A DNA stretch of 63,340 bases, filler included, from Phoronis australis (GCA_002633005.1; 7 parts of 7 records of this genome joined end to end with filler, not necessarily neighbours in it); one strand, 5' to 3'; shown: positions 38,701 to 51,512, counted from the first letter of the whole stretch. Numbers and translations: made by a program. Notes: generated by a model not told the origin, from the letters alone.

Positions 38701-40126
38701 TTGGCTGAACTGGAAAGTTGGAAACAAAACAATGTTTATATTGAAGTGCCAAATGAAGGTCAGAAATGTATCTCCACAAAATGGGTGTGTACCCTTAAAA
38801 ACACAGAGAATGGGGTGGTTCCCAAAGCCCGCTTAGTTGCTAGAGGTTTTGAGGAATTTCAAAGAGATTCACCTACATGTGCGCATGAGTAACTGCGCTT
38901 GATTTTTGCAATTTTGGCCATGAAAAACTGGAAAATGAATTCAATGGACATTAAGACAGCATTTTTGCNATTTTGGCCATGAAAAACTGGTAAATGAATT
39001 CAATGGACATTAAGACAGCATTTTTGCAGGGAAATCCTATTGACAGGGAAACAAATATCAGACCCCCCAAAGAAGCCAATGCGAACAGTAAATTATGGCG
39101 ATTGGAAAAATGCATATATGGCCTAAGCGACGCTTCACTGAACTGGTATTTTCGGGTGAAATCAGTCATGTTGGAAAACAGGGGGAAGATGTCAAGGGTG
39201 GATCCTGCTGTATTTTACTGGATGAATGATAGTAATGAGGTCTATGGTATACTCGCATGTCATGTTGATGATTTTGTCTGGGGAGGTACAGAAGAGTTTG
39301 AGACTGTTATTTCCAAAATTAGATCAAGTTTTAAGGTTGGCAAAGAGAATAGTGATGCATTCAAATACTGTGGGATTGAATTCAATGCACAGGTGACAAT
39401 ACTGTGGGATTGAATTGCAATGCACACGTGACAATAGGATAATTTTGCATCAGAATAAATATACGGATGATTTGTTGCAGATTGATATTAGTGCTAGTAG
39501 AGCTAGTGAACAGGATTCTGTGTTGACTGAGAATGTGAAGCATGCTCTTAGGTCCAAAGTTGGGCAATTGTTGTGGTAAGCACACCAAAGTAGACCAGAT
39601 TTACCGTAAGTGTTGTGGCGAACAATATCAAATGTTGTACTGTAAAAGACATGCTGATGGTAAACAAGATTATTGGCAAGGCTAAATCAACAAAGATGAA
39701 GTATCAATCCTTAGGACAGGACAGTGACTTGTGCGTGGCTTTGTTCAGTGATGCTGCCTTGGGCAATTACCTGACGGTGGAAGTCAAGGGAGTTATTTTA
39801 TTGCTTTGATGAACAAGTCTGGGAAAATAACACCTATTTGGTGGAATTCAAAGAAAATCAGACGAGTAGTTAGAAGTACATTGGCAGCTGAAACTTTAGC
39901 CATGGCAGAAGGCATTGATGTGTCTCTCTTCATAATGACACTTTTAGGTGAATTGACGTGTGGGACACCAGATTCTACTGTTGTACAACTGGTTTTGTTT
40001 TACTGATTGTAAATCATTATTTGAGGCAATTAGGTCACAAAAGTTTGTAGCAGTGGTATAAAGGAACTCATTGAAAACAAACAGATTAAAGAAATTAAAT
40101 GGTGTGATTCTAAAGCTCAACTAGCT

Positions 40127-40226
40127 NNNNNNNNNNNNNNNNNNNNNNNNNNNNNNNNNNNNNNNNNNNNTTAATTAATTAANNNNNNNNNNNNNNNNNN
40201 NNNNNNNNNNNNNNNNNNNNNNNNNN
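40127..40226. other. Artificial contig linker
   Basis: 44 N + TTAATTAATTAA + 44 N. Confidence 0.99.
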
Positions 40227-41200
40227 AAAAATGGCCACTAGGTGGCATAAACTTGGTTGAATCCCTCTGAAAATGAAAAGATAACGTCACCTCATTAACA
40301 GATGCCTGTATGCCAAATTTTATAAAACTACGTTGAAGACCTTTAAAGATACAGCGGTAAGCGTAAAAAAAATAAAAGCCACTAGGTGGCACACCAGCAG
40401 TCAGATCTGTCCGAAAGTTATCCTCTTCTGTTGTTAACATCATATAAATACACTTACAAAATTTAGTAAAGATCCTGTGAACGTTTTAGAAAATACAACC
40501 ATAGGCGCAAAAAAACCCCGGCCACTAGGTGCCACAGCAGTCGAAGTTGGCGGGAAATCATCGTCAGCTGTCCTCTACATAGTAAGAACCCATACATGCC
40601 ATTTTCACAATTATCCTTTGAGCGGGTTGGTTAATAAAGCGGTGGACGCCAAACATCATGTAAATACACTTGCTAAATTAAGTAAAGATCCTGCAAACGG
40701 TTTAATAGATACAGCCATGAGCGCAAAAAAAAACGAAACTGCCACTAGGAGGTGCCACAGTAGTCAAACTCGGGAAATCGTCGTCAGCTGTCCACTTCAT
40801 AGTAAAAACATACACGCAAATTTTCACGCCAAAAGTCAGACTCGAAAACAGTAAAAATAGCCACTAGGTGGCGCAAACTATGTCAAATCCATCCGAAAAC
40901 GGGAGGATAGCGTCAAATCACTAATAGGTGTCTATATACCAAATTTCATGAAAATCCATTGTCAGAGGACTTTTGAAGCTACAGCGGTAAATGTAAAAAA
41001 CTAAAATTGCTACTAGGGGGCACACCGGTAGCCGGATCTGTCTGAAAATTCGCTCATGCTGTCCCATCCATGGAAGGAACACATGTGCAAAAGTTCATGA
41101 ACATACATCAAGGGGTTTTGGAGATAGAGCAGCGGACGCCGGACGGACGGATGGAGATGACGGCATAATGCATCCACATAATTAGAAATATTTGGGCGCA
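40227..41200 (+). repeat. Diverged ~145-bp tandem array with CCACTAGGTGGC motifs, ending in a GGAC microsatellite (possibly non-autonomous Helentron-like)
   Basis: Motif at 40235, 40379, 40522, 40742, 40861, 41010; CGGACGGACGGA near 41140. Confidence 0.7.
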
Positions 41201-42907
41201 TAAAAATGTGTCTATGTGATCGACACATTTTGTTTCGCAAGGGAAACCCACCGAAACTTTGTGATCATCATGTGGTCTGCACCTGCATCACCGGCACTTT
41301 CCTGCATCAGGTGGAACAACTGGTTCACACACTGGGCGGACCAACGGAAGCGCAAACCTCAAATCGGTCCTCCGCCAACTTGCTGGGGGTAACTGGAATG
41401 CCGTACTGACGTAACTGTGGTCTCCGTCTACCACTAGCCAGTACGGAGGCAGGCTGGCGCCAATCTGGCCACATGTGGACAGCGGCGCTCAAACATATAT
41501 ATACACATGCAGGGACACGACTGGCATGGCGGGGACCGTGAGGATAAGCCCAGGTACAATTAAGAGCTGAGTGTGTTGTTTACCAGCCATTTGTTTCGCT
41601 TTCAGAAACGTTGCGTTGAAAAACTTTTTAAGTCCACTGAAATGTGTCGTTTACCGGCCAATTGTGTCGCTCACTCAAAAACCTTGAAAATATAACAAAT
41701 GCAAGTCAAACGTAGCGGATGTTAGCCGTGAGGGTCGAGTGCTAGGTTTCCGGCATGGCGGGGTTGCCGCCGCCGGCTTTGGACTCGGCGAAATGCTGCA
41801 GACCAGAGTGGTCAAGTTGGCCTGCAGGCTTTGTGCTGGATAAGGCAAAGTGCTGTGCAGTCCACCCCATGGACCTTACAGTATCCGCGAAGTCCCCAAA
41901 AATGTGTCGTTTACCAGCCAGTTGTGTCAATTTCAGAATCGTGTTGAAGAAATTTCAAAGACCCAGACACGAATGAGTCATTTACCAGCCATTCGTGTCA
42001 CTTTCTGGAACATTGCATTGAAAAAATTTTAAAGACCCCTGAAATGTGTCATTTATTGTCCATTTGTGTCCCTTCAGGTTTTAAAAGGAGCCTTGAAAAT
42101 ATAACAAAGGTAAACAAACGTAGCAGATGTTAGCCATACTCAACAGCGTTGAGCGGCAGGTCTTCCGCTTGGCCAGGGAGGCGCTGCCGGCTCTGTGCTC
42201 AGCGAAACGCCACGGTCCACAGTCCACATGGTCAAGTCGGTCTGGCTTGATCAGTGCTGCATGGTGCCATGAAAGTTAGACGACTTAAAGCCGAAGATCA
42301 CCAGGTTAGTGGCACTACAATCCTCCCTATGATAAAGTGTCCAAGAGTATCATTGAAATTTTTCATGAAGTCCCATGAAATGTGTCGTTAATTGGCCATT
42401 TGTGTTGGTTTGTGAAAGGTACCAATGATTCCTTTTTCATTCTAAGTTCCCCAGTTATGTGTCATTTATAGGACATTTGTGTCGCTTTCTGAAAGGTACA
42501 ACCCACGCGGTGAAGTCAAGTTCAGTCATGAAGCATACACCAGATCTTGATGGTCCGCTGGTTCGGCTCTGATTGGCAAATCGCCGTGGTCCCCATGGTC
42601 ATGCCTGTCATGATGACTCTCCAGTTCACAAGCGGTCGATGTCCAGGGGAGCGATCATGATGCTTAAGTGCCGCTATAGTTGTGTTCCTGATGTGTATCT
42701 GAAGCGCCGCAATCCACATATGGCCAGATCCACTGCCTGCCTCCATACTAGCAGCAGGCAGGGAGCGCACAGGATCAAGATTCATTCCAGTTGCCCCCCG
42801 GTTGGCGGAGGACTGATTGGAGGTTTGTGCACATGCCCGACCATGCGGAAGTTTCCGCGGGTTTCCCTCATGAAACAAAATGTGTTGATTACACTGACAC
42901 ATTTTAA
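41200..42907. mobile_element. Old non-coding element with long imperfect TIRs and internal sub-repeats
   Basis: 41200-41500 is the inverted homologue of about 42670-42907 (mirror peptides in the ORF track); internal AAATGTGTC.TTTA repeats. Confidence 0.7.
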
Positions 42908-43169
42908 AATGCGAGTTTTCTCTTTACCCTATATCGTGCCATATAATATCTGCATTTGCTATATACTAAAACTCAAAGAAGAGTGTAGTTTTAAATGGCA
43001 CCACTTGTGTCAGATTACATTTAACCAGTTTTTATCCACATCGTTCCAAAGCTGCATATTATTCACACACTACCACTACACTATCGCAGCATACATTCCA
43101 TCGCCCGGCTAAATGCCGCAGGTCAACCGGGGCAACGTGTTAGACAACAATCTGATCAGACAATCATAC

Positions 43170-43365
43170 CAATTGTCCTACAGCGAACCATTGCTCGCAC
43201 TTCAGACTTTGTTCTTTGAGACGTGAGTGATTTGTCCAACACTGGATGCCTGTATTTCTTCGGGAACCTTTCCTTTACAACTGTCGATCGTCCATAAAAT
43301 ACCATACTATAAATTCTAGCTTCTGCCCCCTGTTTGATAAGAGTCACTTCGCTTTCATGCGCCAT
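43170..43365 (-). CDS. TP53RK: EKC/KEOPS kinase TP53RK (PRPK/Bud32), coding exon 1
   Basis: MAHESEVTLIKQGAEARIY...VKERFPKKYRHPVLD..LT..RTKSEVR..RCR..G; donor GTATGA at 43169. Confidence 0.95.
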
Positions 43366-43640
43366 TTTAAAGCAAAGGTGGTTGTATTTTATTGTTTTCA
43401 AATCACAAAGAGTGAATCGTAGGCCTCGTATTTTTCTTACTTTACTCCATTGTGTGGCATTTGTTGCCTTTCTCTATTTCAGCGCAATAATTACCCCGTG
43501 AACAATCTACCTAAAATTGGAGTTCTTGTGTAAAAATGTTTTCAAAGTTTATTTCGATAACTTGTGTCATTACCATTGCCCACGATAATAGTGGACTAAA
43601 GACGGTAGGACTGATAGTGAACACTGGAGAACAGTTGAAA
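43366..43640. promoter_or_regulatory. Putative bidirectional promoter and 5' UTRs
   Basis: 275 bp between the divergent start codons. Confidence 0.7.
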
Positions 43641-44007
43641 ATGGCTAAAGGTCGCAGTTCCGATTCATACAAAACTTCAAATGACAAGATAGGACTGAGA
43701 AAGAAATCCATCCCTGGGCCAACAACTCCAGTAGACTTTTTTGGAATGATTGTTATGAAAATTGCGAAGAAAATCCTGCTCGTTGACACCCATGTAAAGA
43801 TCGGATTTTATTGCGTTGTAGTGATGGTCGCTTCCGTGATATGTGATTTGTTTCACCCACCCATGTTCTATCTGGGGTCGAAAAATAGCGTTTTTAATGT
43901 TTACTTTGTGAAAATAGGATGGGGATGGACACTGGCGTTATGCGGATCATTTATATTTCTCACTAGCTATACATATTGCTGTGGACATCTGAACTTGGTG
44001 TGTAGAC
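43641..44007 (+). CDS. FITM2: FIT-family protein (fat storage-inducing transmembrane protein / acyl-CoA diphosphatase), 5' part
   Basis: YLGSKNSVFNVYFVKIGWGWT signature with flanking TM helices; cut by contig end. Confidence 0.92.
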
Positions 44008-44107
44008 NNNNNNNNNNNNNNNNNNNNNNNNNNNNNNNNNNNNNNNNNNNNTTAATTAATTAANNNNNNNNNNNNNNNNNNNNNNNNNNNNNNNNNNNNN
44101 NNNNNNN
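44008..44107. other. Artificial contig linker
   Basis: 44 N + TTAATTAATTAA + 44 N. Confidence 0.99.
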
Positions 44108-45359
44108 GTGACTAGTGACAACTTGTGTAGGCGGTGATCATTTGCAGCCAATACCTGGTGTCAATGTTATGAAAACTAAGCCATTGGGCAAGTTCTCAAG
44201 TACCGAAAAAACGGTGACCTTATGACTAAGTTGTATTAAAAAAGCACTGGAGTGATCGAAACATTTTTACCCAAAAATGCTTCGTTCAACTCGATGATTA
44301 TTCATCTTTTGCTTGAGCCCAAAAATTCAAGATCCCTGTCATTTGTGTCGCAAAATTAGCAGTCTTGTGTCTTTCTTATTCTTAACAGTAGCACAAATAA
44401 AAGTCAACGAAGAACCGACATCATGTGAGTTTTTCCAATCTACAAAATTTTCATGCGATGAACAAAGCTAATAATTACCCAATTTTTGCGTTCATGTGAT
44501 AAAATTTCAAGATTCCGAAAAAAAATCATTAAAAAGAGTAGCATGAAAGGGTCTAAATTTTCATTGCTTAAATAATAAGTTGGTTTTATGAAACTTTATA
44601 GGAACTTTATCTATCTGATAACATGGCGGATATTGAACTGTGTTCCCGCTATTTAGATGAAAACAAAACACAACTATAAACAACCAATACCGTCGTGAGT
44701 CGTCGTAAAATTATTTTTTCAGCAGATCGTGTCGAATCTACACTTTGGGGATGCTAACGTAGACTTGTTCACTGTATATGCACTTATGCGCTCAAAGAAG
44801 TCGAACTGCAGCAGCTTTTAAAAATCGCCATTGTTTACATCAAACGTCAAAGGTCGCATTTTCTGTATAAAAGCCTATATCGTACCATACCAAATGAGGA
44901 GACGTGTTTTGGCGTGTTTTCGGCGAAGTGACGAGCAGCTGACAGATCATTTTTTTTTTAATTTGAAACTAAAGGCAAATGCTTTGACATCAAGAGGAAT
45001 TCAAAATGTTTTCGAACAAACCGTGAAAAGACCTGGTGAACAGTTTCACCTATCTGCTTAAGTGGAAGAGAACCACTTTCAGCAATGCAGTTTAGTTTGA
45101 TTTTCACATTTCATGCTACTTTAAAACCCAACTTTTGCTGCAGTCTCCACTCTGCACGCGAGCAACGCGGATGCGCTGAGGGCGACATCGCGTGACTGAA
45201 AATTGAAATGGAGCACGCTCCATTTCCGAGACGAGACCTTCCGTTATTGCGCTAACCAAATACGGCGCATAAATTCGTTATAAGGACGAATGCCTTCGTC
45301 CTCATTCTCGTGAACAGCGTTACACTGGACACACGGTGTGTTCTGTCTCGCGACGGTTG

Positions 45360-45760
45360 TCCATGCACTTACAGGGGTGTCCATTCAAGATCACTTTGTA
45401 CACCAACATGGCCGAAAAATAACTACACAGGAAATAGTAGACAATATCATCATTCGCTATGTAGAAAATGACATATTTCGGCTAAAAATTTTGGAATCGC
45501 TATTGATCAGTCACGAAAAACCTGGGTTGAATGAACAGCTCACAGGTGTGTATCGCACGCTGGCTGTTTCGATGGAGTTGCGGGCTTCCTACAGTGTGTT
45601 GCCTTCACACTCTCTGCTTGTATGCCCCTCTTCCCGCTATCACGTGTATTTCATTGTTTATTTCGCTCTGTGTATGTTCATTCCACTCATTACCCGATGA
45701 TGTGACATGAAGTCACGAAATATAGCTACTGTTTTTATTTGTTTGTTTGTTTGTTTGTTA
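45360..45760 (+). mobile_element. Penelope-like retroelement 3' remnant (GIY-YIG C-terminus)
   Basis: SIQDHFVHQH...RLKILESLLISHEKPGLNEQ, then a hammerhead-like core and (TTTG)n. Confidence 0.75.
45688..45730 (+). ncRNA. Degenerate minimal hammerhead ribozyme
   Basis: CCGATGA (CTGATGA with one change), stem GTGAC-atgaa-GTCAC, GAAA; stem I only partly paired. Confidence 0.55.
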
Positions 45761-47567
45761 TGTCTCTCGGTCTTTTACTTCATACCTGCACACCAGAAGA
45801 AAAGAGATGGTTCTGAAATTACGACTGTACCAGTATGAAGCTCGCTAACATAAAGTCTAGTCGTGTCTTTAACGAAATAATGATATGGGCGTAATTTTTA
45901 TTCATTTGGATGTTATTGTATGACATATCATGTGTCGATGTTTGCTCAGAACAAAAAACGCATTGATCATGTATTGAACATGATACGGTGGCCCACAGAT
46001 GACATCGCGTGTTTCTTTTCTTAATTATCTCAGGATCTCGAGATCCCAACTTAATTATCTCGGATCTCGATTCTGTCAACATAGTCTGTTGTCAAATGTT
46101 CACCGGTCTCAGCTAATTAACCGTGTTTTTCACAACCAGTACTTGAAGTAGTTTGGGTGAAAACACGTTGCAAACAAAATTGAATAAGCGATCAGGCGCG
46201 TCGAGAGGNGAGGGGGTGGACAGGAAGGCCCTCAACCTCGGGGCTCGTGGCACCGCCGATGAAGGAAAAACAGCGCAACAAAAAATAAAAGTTCCAGAGG
46301 TTTGAGCTTGTCGGCCTCAGTTGGACAATGAGCATGCCACCCAAAAAACAACCTAATTTGTATCAATTTAGATCGAGCAGTTCTACTCTATAATGGTGTT
46401 GTGTATGTAATACAAGAGATCATTCGTAGAACATATGTTTATTGCATCGCTAATACCAAACTACTGCAACACACGTTTACAGGCTAACAGTATATAAAAT
46501 GTCAGATAGTCGCCAGGTGGCGTTGTCACTGCTCTACTGTAAACTTAACATAACATGGCACGTACGGTTGTGTTACCTGACACCTGACAGCAGACGGAGG
46601 TGTTGAAATTATCCAATGTCGTCATTGGTTTCACACACAGTCTATTAAGCAGTTCATAACACGGGTTACTGGTGTCAGCTTATCGCTTGAATTTGTCGTT
46701 CAGCACCAATAAATAATCAAACTTCGATGTAAAACCCTTAAAAACACACCGAGTTCTTATAAAAACGTGTTGTTTTATTTCGCTGTTACGGAGTTATTGG
46801 TATTTGGACACACCGTAGCCTCCAAAGTTCGGTAGGCCAATAAGGTCCGTAGCAAGGAGTTTGTGGTCTGTTCGGAGACAAATTCGAAGTATTTCCGTGA
46901 GATACAGACAGGAGAACCCATGTCGGTGTTGTTTAGACTTGTGAATTTTTTAGTTCTAAACACGCAAAACGCTTGTTATCCTGGCCAGTGGCTCGGAGCT
47001 CGATCAGGCACGTCGCGGCCGGCCGGATTGACTTGTTATCCCGGCCAGTGGCTCGGAAACTGATCAGACATCATGAACATAAACCAGCCAAAGTTGGAAA
47101 CTAAACTTCCAGTCAAGAAAATACTATATTAGTGAGCCCAAGTAATTTCGCATGCGATTATGTTGGTGAATTATACACGAACCTGCAAATCTACTTACTC
47201 GTCGGGAGCCGCGAATTTAGGTTCCGCTTTGGCCACAGCACCGTCAGGGCAGAAGTTGTACATTGAAAATCATTATTTTAATAATGTAAATGTATATAAA
47301 GACTCTCCTAACACCAGGCCGAAGGGGTGGAAATCGACTGAGTTATTTCACAACAGTTTCTGCTTGCAAACACTAAATTAGCATGAGCGCACACGGCCTC
47401 GGTGTCCCGTCAATTAGTTTTATTGCACCAAAAGCCGGTAACGCAGTGATTTATTCATTGCTGGCTTCTCAAATCATTTGCACTCACGAACACTCCAAAG
47501 GCATTACAAATTGCATCTAATGAGGCAGACTTTGTTTGAAACAGAACGCTCAATAATAAACCTCAAC

Positions 47568-48139
47568 ATGGCAACTCGCAATCCCAACTTAGACGAGAGC
47601 TCATCAGTCGATCCCTACGATGACTTCGCAGGCGGATCGTTAAGTTTCACAGGCTATCAATTCGAACAGGCATACAGTGATGAAGAAATACTAGAGAGGC
47701 GCCGTGAACAAGCTCAGACAACGGAACGTATGGATTGGATAGTGGTAAGCCGGCATTCGTCAGGCACTGTCGACGACTGCAGGCCACAGACAAGGAGATG
47801 TTTCACGGCCTCATACTTGCTATTTACAGCGTACTTTTCATTCTTCACTACCACGAGCCACTTTCTAAGCATTTCGGTCTCTCGAGGAAGTCGAAAAAAA
47901 AACGATATACCCGCTTTCCTCGCAGCTGCATAGTTCGGACAAGCGGGAACGATGCCGCCCGCAACAAAGCGGCATATACTCTGCAGATGAACCACTGGCG
48001 TCGCTAGCGTCGTTTCTCACCTTCCTCACAGGTTAACGCGACACCTCATGGCAAGGTTAGGTCGACCGTATGCGAGGCGATGTGGATATAGACCGATTAA
48101 GACGACAAAAAGACTAATTAAATCGGGTGGTATTCTCCT
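47568..48139. mobile_element. Kolobok-like internally deleted element
   Basis: Plus ORF start GYQFEQAYSDEE..R..W converges on a minus-strand THAP remnant (PACPN..GISFFFRLP..RKW..VC); right end ATTCTCCT followed by TTAA (48140-48143); left end not found. Confidence 0.6.
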
Positions 48140-49968
48140 TTAATAGCTCATAAAGCTACGAAGGGCCCTCACAATTTGACGTGGACAGTTTAAAAAGTGC
48201 TACGTACATGTATGTGACTGTTAACAGCTGGTAAAAGAAGAGGCGATGTAGATCACGTAACTTTGTACTGCGTATAATACGGGCTGCAGGCATGTTGAAA
48301 ATAAATGTACTAAAGGTAAACTAATATTTCAGCGGCATCTTTGACGAAAAATAGCTGAGTATCACCTCAGTCTTGGTACAAAGCTGTATACTAAATATAC
48401 AGGTTTGTCGCTGATGTAGGTAAAAAAGTGGTAAAGATAAAATCTGACACAAAATTAGTCTCATTAAAAACTTCAGTTTCCTTGAGTAAACTAAATTATT
48501 TAACGGCGTTGGAAAAATGGCGTTCTACCGTTATTCTGCTGTTAAAGTTGTGGAGCGATCTTTAGCGACGGCTTTCGGCGCCATGAAATATTGCGTCACC
48601 TATTGGCCAGTTTCTTTTTTCGCCGATTCTTCAATCAACTGTTGTTCTTTCACGAGGTTGCGTAAACGTCACAACAAATTATCGGAATTGGTTTCACTTC
48701 ATTATAAGTTTTTAGAATTTTGATACCGAAAAACCGAGATATGTCGCAAAAACTTAGGAAATGGTGCGTGCGCATGTCACGAGCGAACTGTTTACAACAC
48801 GACGACATGATTTTTCTTTGTTAGAAAAGGCGGAGGATTACGCAGGAAAATGACGTTTATTACTTGTTTTCCACTTAAACGGCTGTAACGGGCACGGAGA
48901 GTATCGTTTGATTCCCAGATTTTCCATGCACCCAGTCCGGTCTTTAGCTCTACATGTTGATACAGGTTTCACGACGAGGTGACGAACAGAACTACCCTGG
49001 CTGTGCGCAGTTTCGGGGTCTATGGAAGAAAAACACATAGTGGTACCTAGCTGTATTTTGACGACAGTTGTCATACATCTGGCTGGCTGGCTAAGTATCA
49101 CTCGAGCAAAACTGCAATATTAAAGCTGGAGGTCCCTACTTATATTGCACTTCAAGAATAATTTTATGCAGTTGCACTTTTTCAATCCTACTCGTTAAAA
49201 CCTCGTATTTCAGAGCCTTGACATAGTGATGGGCATATCACTTTATCAAATATTTCAAATATCAGTTACACTAGAAATTTCCTACATTTTACATAATAAG
49301 ATAGATGACTCAACTTTCAATGTTTGTAAAAGCACATGCGATCCTATCTGGCGTGAATCCGGGTGAAACACTTATGGAGGAAAAGTAAGTGACAACATTA
49401 ACAAAATCAACGAGATTTTTCAACTTCAACATTTTTTTCTGATGAACATGTTTTGGTGTCATACATCACCAGGACAAGTAAACAAGGCCATCTACACTTT
49501 TGACCCACACAGTGTACAGTAGAGCTACCAGGACGCATAATAGGAACAAAACATCAATGACAACACTTTTTGTTTAGAACTTCCATTTATGTCAACAGTC
49601 TAGATAACATGATCTGAGGAAAGGACAGAACTTAGATTTATCACGACTCAACAGATTTACATGTCTCATGTTAATGGGAATATTTTAAAGATAACCTTTC
49701 CGCTTAAAACTGCAGTACTACTAGTTTTACTGGCTGAAAAAACAAAACAAAAAAGAATTAGGCCTCTTACTGTTGTAAAATCGGTCTCACATGATAGGCC
49801 TTGTTTTCTGTTACCAAATTGGATAGAATTGTATAGAAATGAAGCTGTTAGAGATCTTTTCAACTTAAAAAAACAGTAGTCATTATTAGCTATCGCTTTG
49901 CTATCATTATTACTGTTGGGCACCTTCGGCGTCTGTTGTGAAGACTAGGGACCGCGCGTCGTAACAAT

Positions 49969-50381
49969 AGGGTGGTCCCGGATTGCACGAAGACAGAACT
50001 CTTCTTTGTCCCGGAGATAAGAGAGCGTGTGACCTAGTTTTGGAAATGGGGCACATTTTCGTGCCACGGTCTCTGTCGGGAAGGCGATGACTTTCTGATT
50101 ACACATCCACGGGTATTTGTCCAGTTCTTGAAACTTTCTCACGTCGGAGTTGCAACCCACGGCAGAACAATAATACTTCGTTGGGATTGAAAGGACGAAT
50201 AGAGTCAGTAATGCAACCGAGAAAAACTTGTGAAGCATCAGAAAACAACATTATAACATGTGAAACTTCCATGTCAGTGGCACGAAAACGAGGCAGAAAA
50301 TGCGCCTGACGGATGTTTACGGCATTGTGTGAATACAGCGAGATTCGGGTTTCGTTGTTACCTGTAATCCGGGACGGCCCT
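49969..50381 (-). mobile_element. Non-autonomous TIR element with THAP-like remnant
   Basis: TIR AGGGTGGTCCCGGATTGCA / TGTAATCCGGGACGGCCCT; KYYCSAVGCNSDVRK..KYPWM..FP. Confidence 0.72.
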
Positions 50382-50768
50382 GTTATTCAAACATTGATGA
50401 TGTGATTGGTTTTATAAACCGACAGATATCGATGCAAGGTCAGCAACATGGTCATAGATTCATGCACCACAAATGTGTCACAAATGGCTTAGTGGTGAAA
50501 CGAAAAACTGCACGAATTATTCTTTCTGCTGATGATCCAGATGGTATGGCAATGCGATGCGCCAGAGGACTGTTTACGTACAGCGACACAGTGAGGAAAA
50601 TTGTCTAGGCATATCGAGATCCTGAGATAATTAAAAGAGAAACGCACGATGTCATCTTTGCGCCACCATAAAATGACTGGATAAGAAACATTTGATTTTT
50701 TCCCCATATTTACGTAATCAAACTTTCAAACGACGCTACAAGAATTGCTATGTACAGTCTGTCTGGAT

Positions 50769-51031
50769 CATGCGCGCACCCAGCCTAACACATAGGGCGG
50801 GGCTCGAATTTTTGGCATTGTAGACCTTTTACTAACAAAAAGTACAGTGGACTAAAAAAACGGGGAACCACGTTCAGAGCTATAAATTTTGCATTCGCGC
50901 CTTTTGAGTAAACTTTTGTCTCGTTTGCTCGGACTTTTTGTTTCTTTGAGGCGGACCTTTTTGCCCACTTCGCCAAATGGGAGGCTCGTTCGAGCCCCCC
51001 TCGCCCTCACCCTCTCCTGGATGCGCGCGTG
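50769..51031 (-). mobile_element. hAT-type MITE with 8-bp TSD
   Basis: TIR CATGCGCGCACCCAG / CTGGATGCGCGCGTG; GTCTGGAT at 50761-50768 and 51032-51039. Confidence 0.92.
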
Positions 51032-51512
51032 GTCTGGATGGTGTGCTTGTTGTAACTTTGACATGAAATAGTTTAAAAAATCGTCGTCTGTGTATCAAAC
51101 ACAGCCACAGCACCTCCTCTTTGTCAGCTATTATTCACTTTACGCTCTAAAATTATCGCGCCCAATGTGGCCGCCCGACATTGCAACGCGAATTTCGCTC
51201 GCGTCGCTCGCTAGCGTCCAGTCTGGCTAGGTACCCAAGACGGAGTGCTACCAATCTACTCTGAGATTAGCAACTGGATTTCGTTGCCATATTTACGACT
51301 TAATTCATTATGAGGCTATCCTCTCAGATATTACGACTTAATGTTAGTGAGGAAAAAAGATGCACGTGTCATTTGTGTGTCAATGTGCAGGGATTTGGAA
51401 TTCGATAGTCGTGTTTCAACTCTGCCGCGCAGTCCGGCTGGTATGTTACAAAAAGCTGAAGGAGTTGCCATATTTTTGTTTCTTTACCTTTACGAGATAT
51501 GATGCTTGACAG

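Larger units (their letters stand above)
35569..40126 (+). mobile_element. Ty1/copia LTR retrotransposon, GalEa clade, degenerate; 3' end cut by contig end
   Basis: Order gag-PR-IN-RT-RH: CRICNSVFHWAKDC, ILDTGCS, VAVD/SDNGGEF/SPWSNGTLER, KARLVARGF, DIKTAFLQG, HVDD, RSTLAAE; many stops and frameshifts. Confidence 0.95.

Noticed and set aside
41206-43112. ORFs 41206-41409, 42522-42902 and 42573-43112 as paralogous genes
   Set aside because: Similarity comes from inverted-repeat arms; no coding signature
46971-47070. 60-bp-period duplication (also a 30-bp one at 53567-53622)
   Set aside because: Ordinary local duplications with no further structure seen
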